A stretch of 64,000 bases of DNA from assembly GCA_964458315.1 (NCBI GenBank), contig CAYWIK010000004.1, positions 6,019-70,018 on the forward strand. Reading direction: 5' to 3'. Position 1 is the stretch's first letter, and every line of letters starts with the position of its first letter. The position numbers were made by a program, and so were the translations under genes. Under the pieces are notes generated by a model, which saw only the letters and a program-made list of their open reading frames with translations, was not told the DNA's origin and searched no databases. Shown here piece by piece: positions 60,523 through 64,000 of the stretch. The DNA is from an uncultured Spirochaetales bacterium. GTDB lineage: Bacteria > Spirochaetota > Spirochaetia > SPDA01 > CAZSGZ01.

Positions 60523-61524
60523 ATGCATATGAACGCACGCTACTATTCTAAAGAAGACCAATTCATTCAGTGTGAGCTGTGCCCAAACCGCTGTAAAATC
60601 CTCGAAGGGAAAACGGGAATATGCAGGATCAGGCTGAACAAGGGAAATAGTTTAGCCCTTCCCTATTACGGGCGTCTCTCCGCGGTCGCCGTGGATCCGA
60701 TTGAAAAAAAACCGCTGTACCATTTCTATCCCGGCTCGAAAATTCTTTCCATCGGATTTGTCGGATGTTCCCTTCAATGTCCCTTCTGCCAGAACTATTC
60801 CATTTCCCAGTCTACGGACCGGGGGGAACAGTATATCGGTCCCGAAGAACTCGTAGAAATCGCCCAAGACCGGGGGTCCTTCGGTATTGCATATACATAT
60901 TCCGAACCCGCAATCCACATAGAGTATGTGTTGGAAGCCGCGGATCTGGCCCGCCGGAAAGGGCTGAAAAATGTCCTCGTCTCAAACGGATATCTCAATC
61001 CGGGACCGGCGGACGACCTGCTCGAGTTTATTGACGCCGCGAATATCGACCTCAAGTGCTTCAATGACGAGTTTTACCAAAAGGAGATCAAGGGGCAGCT
61101 GGAACCGGTCTTGGAGTTTATCCGCAAGGCTTCTAAAAAAACCCGGCTCGAGGTAACAACCCTCATTATCCCGGGTAAAAACGACAGCAACCGGGAAATG
61201 GAAGAGATATCTTCATTTCTAGCAGACCTTAATCCGGATATTCCCCTGCACCTTTCCTGCTACTACCCGGCGTACAAATACACAATCGCCCGGACCCAGT
61301 ACGACATGGTGGAACATCTCGCCGGCATTGCCCGGAAAAACCTGCGTTTCGTCTACCTGGGAAACGTCGGTTTAAAAGAAACAAACACCTACTGCCCGTC
61401 ATGCGGTGAACTGCTCATCCGCAGAAGCGGATACGCGACAAAAATATTGGGTATCCAAGACGGATCATGCGGCAACTGCGGCAGAGAGATTCCGATCCCT
61501 ACTTTATCATCCGCATCGAAATAA
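60523..61524 (+). CDS. Radical SAM enzyme (PflA-like / AmmeMemoRadiSam-type activase family)
   Basis: CxxxCxxC motif GCSLQCPFCQN. N-terminal Cys cluster (CELCPNRC...GICRIR) and C-terminal Cys pairs (CPSCG, CGNCG). Confidence 0.7.
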   Translation: MHMNARYYSKEDQFIQCELCPNRCKILEGKTGICRIRLNKGNSLALPYYGRLSAVAVDPIEKKPLYHFYPGSKILSIGFVGCSLQCPFCQNYSISQSTDRGEQYIGPEELVEIAQDRGSFGIAYTYSEPAIHIEYVLEAADLARRKGLKNVLVSNGYLNPGPADDLLEFIDAANIDLKCFNDEFYQKEIKGQLEPVLEFIRKASKKTRLEVTTLIIPGKNDSNREMEEISSFLADLNPDIPLHLSCYYPAYKYTIARTQYDMVEHLAGIARKNLRFVYLGNVGLKETNTYCPSCGELLIRRSGYATKILGIQDGSCGNCGREIPIPTLSSASK

Positions 61525-62377
61525 TCTTTATATCTTCCACCGGCTTGTTGTTCTCTCCGGTTTCCTGCTTCCCGATTTCGCTCACCACATCCATGCCGTC
61601 GATCACCTGCCCGAATACGGTGTGTTTGCCCGTCAGCCACGGCGTATCCACGAGATTGATGAAAAACTGGGAACCGTTTGTGTCCGGCCCCGAGTTGGCC
61701 ATGGCGATGCTCCCGCGGTCCGGGGGATAGGACTTGATATCGGTCCTGTATTGATACCCCATGTTTTCATACACTTCCTTGAGCGTCAGGTTCTCGAGTC
61801 TTTTCTGCACCTCTTCCTGTTTCTCTTGGAGCTCTTCCTGACTCGTAATGCCCATTGCCTGAAACAGCGGAGCGAGAATGTAGCGGTCGAAATCTTCCTG
61901 ACTTCTAACCATGAGCCACTGGTGGGTGTGCCCCTCCTCGGTGATGACCTTCATCTCATCGAGACCGAGGGAGTCTGCGTTGATTTCATCCTCGAAAGTG
62001 TAGCCGGGACCGCCCCTGCCGGTGCCTAAGGGGTCCCCTCCCTGGATCATGAACGCGTCAATCACCCGGTGAAAGATGAGGCCGTCGTAATACCGCCGCT
62101 TGACCTTTTCGCCGGTTTCGGGATCGGTAAACTGTTTGGTCCCCTTTACGAGGCCGATGAAATTGGCCACGGTCTTCGGCGCCGAATCTTCATACAGTTC
62201 TATATCGATGGCGCCGAGGCTGGTTTTCATACGGACCACTGGATTTTCCGGTTCTTTCTTCGGTTGCGCGGCAGCGGAACCCGCGGAGACGATAAAAAAT
62301 ATAATAAGCAGCGCTGCGATTATTTTTATTTTTCTTTTTCCCCGCCCCGCGCCGCAATCATTCGTCAATAAAGTCAT
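61499..62377 (-). CDS. Secreted cyclophilin-type peptidyl-prolyl cis-trans isomerase
   Basis: Signal peptide. FHRVIDAFMIQGGDPLGTGRGGPGYTFEDE cyclophilin motif. Confidence 0.85.
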   Translation of the reverse strand: MTLLTNDCGAGRGKRKIKIIAALLIIFFIVSAGSAAAQPKKEPENPVVRMKTSLGAIDIELYEDSAPKTVANFIGLVKGTKQFTDPETGEKVKRRYYDGLIFHRVIDAFMIQGGDPLGTGRGGPGYTFEDEINADSLGLDEMKVITEEGHTHQWLMVRSQEDFDRYILAPLFQAMGITSQEELQEKQEEVQKRLENLTLKEVYENMGYQYRTDIKSYPPDRGSIAMANSGPDTNGSQFFINLVDTPWLTGKHTVFGQVIDGMDVVSEIGKQETGENNKPVEDIKIISMRMIK

Positions 62378-62460
62378 TAAATCCTCCCGTATTTGTTGTA
62401 AGGCCAGTGTAACGCATCATGGAAATAATGATAAGGGATGGCCCGGCCGCTCTGCCGGCC

Positions 62461-63570
62461 TCATTCGATGTCGATGCAGAGCACATCGAGTGGCGCGGCC
62501 AACCCGCGGTAATACATGATAACCGCGACGAGGATATACTTGTCCGTCAGGTCCTCGTCCTCCGAACTCGAAAGGTCAATGATAAAGGCTTTCTTTCCGT
62601 CCTCCTCACCCATCGGATCGACGGCGTTATACTGCCCCGCCGTGTTATACTTGGTAAGCTCATACAGCTCGCCGCCGACGGTCTTTCCCGATGAAGTAAT
62701 TTCCTTGTAGGTCCACGAGTCGGTCCAGGGTGTCGGGGTGTAGAGGGCGTCATAGTTGACCGCGTCGTTGTAGACGATTGCGATATTCTCCTCGGCAATA
62801 GCGGTGTACACATCGAAGGTGATATCATTTTCATCGCTCTCGGTTTCTTCCGGGTCGCCGGGATATTCGGCAAAATTAAGTTCCAAGGCAAGCTGCTTGG
62901 TCGCCGGTTCGTCCCACCTGTCGGTATTGCCTTCCGCTGCCTGTTCGCCGGAATCGAACAGTATGTCCGGGGAGTCTCCCCCCCGGGGACAGACGAGGAG
63001 GCGGAACAGGCTCGATTCCGGGGTGTCCGGATCCACAGCGAAATCTACCTTTACCTTGTCGATATTGGGAAACACCGTCCACCCGAAGTAATCCCACTCT
63101 CCGCTCTCTTCGGTCAGTACCGCGGTGAGGTCAACATCGCCGTCGGAATCGACGGTTATCGCGGTAATGCTTACAATCTCCCCTTCGATCGGAACCGGAA
63201 CCTGGGAGTAGTCATAACCGGTCGTCGTATCGATATCGGCAGCCGTTATTTCCTTCGTAAATTCCACCTGCTCGCCCGCTTCGTTTTCCGCGGTAATGGT
63301 TACCAGCACGGAATCGATGCCGAGCCCGCGGTCGGCCGGGTCGGTTTCTTCGGGAGAATTGAACAGGGTGTTCTTAAAATCGACGTAGAAATCCCGGGCT
63401 TCCGAATCGATCGGGCCGGTATATCTCCCGCATCCCGCAAGTACGGCAAGCAGAAGCGCGAGAGCGAGAACCGCGGCTGCAACCCCGCCGACGGCTTTCA
63501 TGGGTTTATTTCTTTTTTCTTGCTGCTTTTTCATCTTATGGCTCCTCGCTGTAATTGTCCGGCTCTTCAA
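62461..63570 (-). CDS. Hypothetical acidic lipoprotein
   Basis: Lipobox (LLLAVLAGCG) after a basic N-terminus. D/E/T-rich. No recognisable domain. Confidence 0.45.
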   Translation of the reverse strand: MKSRTITARSHKMKKQQEKRNKPMKAVGGVAAAVLALALLLAVLAGCGRYTGPIDSEARDFYVDFKNTLFNSPEETDPADRGLGIDSVLVTITAENEAGEQVEFTKEITAADIDTTTGYDYSQVPVPIEGEIVSITAITVDSDGDVDLTAVLTEESGEWDYFGWTVFPNIDKVKVDFAVDPDTPESSLFRLLVCPRGGDSPDILFDSGEQAAEGNTDRWDEPATKQLALELNFAEYPGDPEETESDENDITFDVYTAIAEENIAIVYNDAVNYDALYTPTPWTDSWTYKEITSSGKTVGGELYELTKYNTAGQYNAVDPMGEEDGKKAFIIDLSSSEDEDLTDKYILVAVIMYYRGLAAPLDVLCIDIE

Positions 63571-64000
63571 AGCCGGAGTTCTCAGGCACCCAGCGATCGT
63601 TCAACTCCTGTATGGTGGTAAGGACCCTTCCCTCGGTATATATATATGCATATCCCTGTGGAAACCCGTAGAGGTTGTTTCGAGTCATACGGTCAATTCT
63701 GGCGCTTGGCCCTATATACATGCCGTATTTGTTTTGCTCCCCGTCCGGAGGTGTAAACATTATGTTGTTATCGATTACAGGCCAGCCGCCGTAGGAGAAG
63801 TAGAGCGCGTAGGAGACCGACTTGCCGTACCCGGCGCTGATGGTGTTGTTTTTAATAACAGGCGAGCTGCTGTTTACTGAATAGACGCCCGCGGATTTCC
63901 CCCTGGCCCCGGTTGCGTTGCCTGCGATGAGGGTATTCCCGTCGATCACCGGATTGCTGAACCAGTCGACGTAGATGGCGATCGACTCCCCGCCGTCGGA
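63536..64000 (-). CDS. Hypothetical protein, partial (runs off the window end); possible parallel beta-helix repeats
   Basis: The ORF continues past 63949 to the window edge. NNTISAGYG / NNIMF repeat-like segments. Confidence 0.35.
   Translation of the reverse strand, partial: SDGGESIAIYVDWFSNPVIDGNTLIAGNATGARGKSAGVYSVNSSSPVIKNNTISAGYGKSVSYALYFSYGGWPVIDNNIMFTPPDGEQNKYGMYIGPSARIDRMTRNNLYGFPQGYAYIYTEGRVLTTIQELNDRWVPENSGFEEPDNYSEEP

Noticed and set aside
60523-61524. Radical SAM gene considered as an rSAM-SPASM peptide maturase (RiPP cluster) with the adjacent 114-aa ORF as a precursor.
   Set aside because: The enzyme has PflA/AmmeMemoRadiSam-type architecture (a single CxxxCxxC plus terminal Cys pairs). 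It lacks a SPASM/twitch domain of the RiPP type. The 114-aa protein has no leader/core-like Cys or Gly-rich C-terminus.
1-64000. Search for CRISPR arrays, IS/transposase genes, integrases or phage structural genes.
   Set aside because: No spacer-repeat periodicity, no transposase or recombinase-like ORF, and no phage-like gene was seen by eye. The only mobile-element hint is the tRNA-adjacent AT-rich spacer, which is reported separately.

Overview
This 64-kb window (about 52% GC) is densely coding, with ~54 protein genes. The gene content suggests a Treponema-like spirochete chromosome, which is inference only: two divergent EF-G paralogs, Lon, Mfd, PtsP, a PilZ c-di-GMP receptor, many TPR proteins, and lipoteichoic-acid-like glycolipid machinery. 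Most genes are housekeeping (mutL, recJ, recO, thpR, lon, mfd, two fusA, ilvD, gpmI, minimal sufCB, ptsP, trmB, rpsU, gcvH, suhB, cobB). There is one tRNA-Val with its own terminator. The features that stand out are listed below.
- A tolC-MFP-RND efflux operon carries a trailing P-II-like gene.
- Directly upstream of that operon sits an unusual cluster: GTP cyclohydrolase II, a stand-alone RibD-type reductase, a QueD/PTPS-like protein, an MDR dehydrogenase, a GT4 glycosyltransferase, a fusion of CDP-alcohol phosphatidyltransferase with an alkaline-phosphatase-superfamily domain, a SAM methyltransferase and an MBL hydrolase. I could not see the rest of a riboflavin pathway in this window. This is the best candidate for an undescribed GTP-derived metabolite or glycolipid system.
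- The two EF-G genes lie in tandem, and the second has lost the catalytic histidine (DTPGH -> DTPGS) and carries its own consensus promoter.
- Three TPR proteins sit in a row, one fused to a restriction-endonuclease-like C-terminal domain.
- A degenerate-receiver/PilZ protein sits in an operon with a radical SAM enzyme.
- A 690-bp AT-rich region lies beside the tRNA with no convincing gene in it.
No CRISPR array, IS element or prophage was seen.
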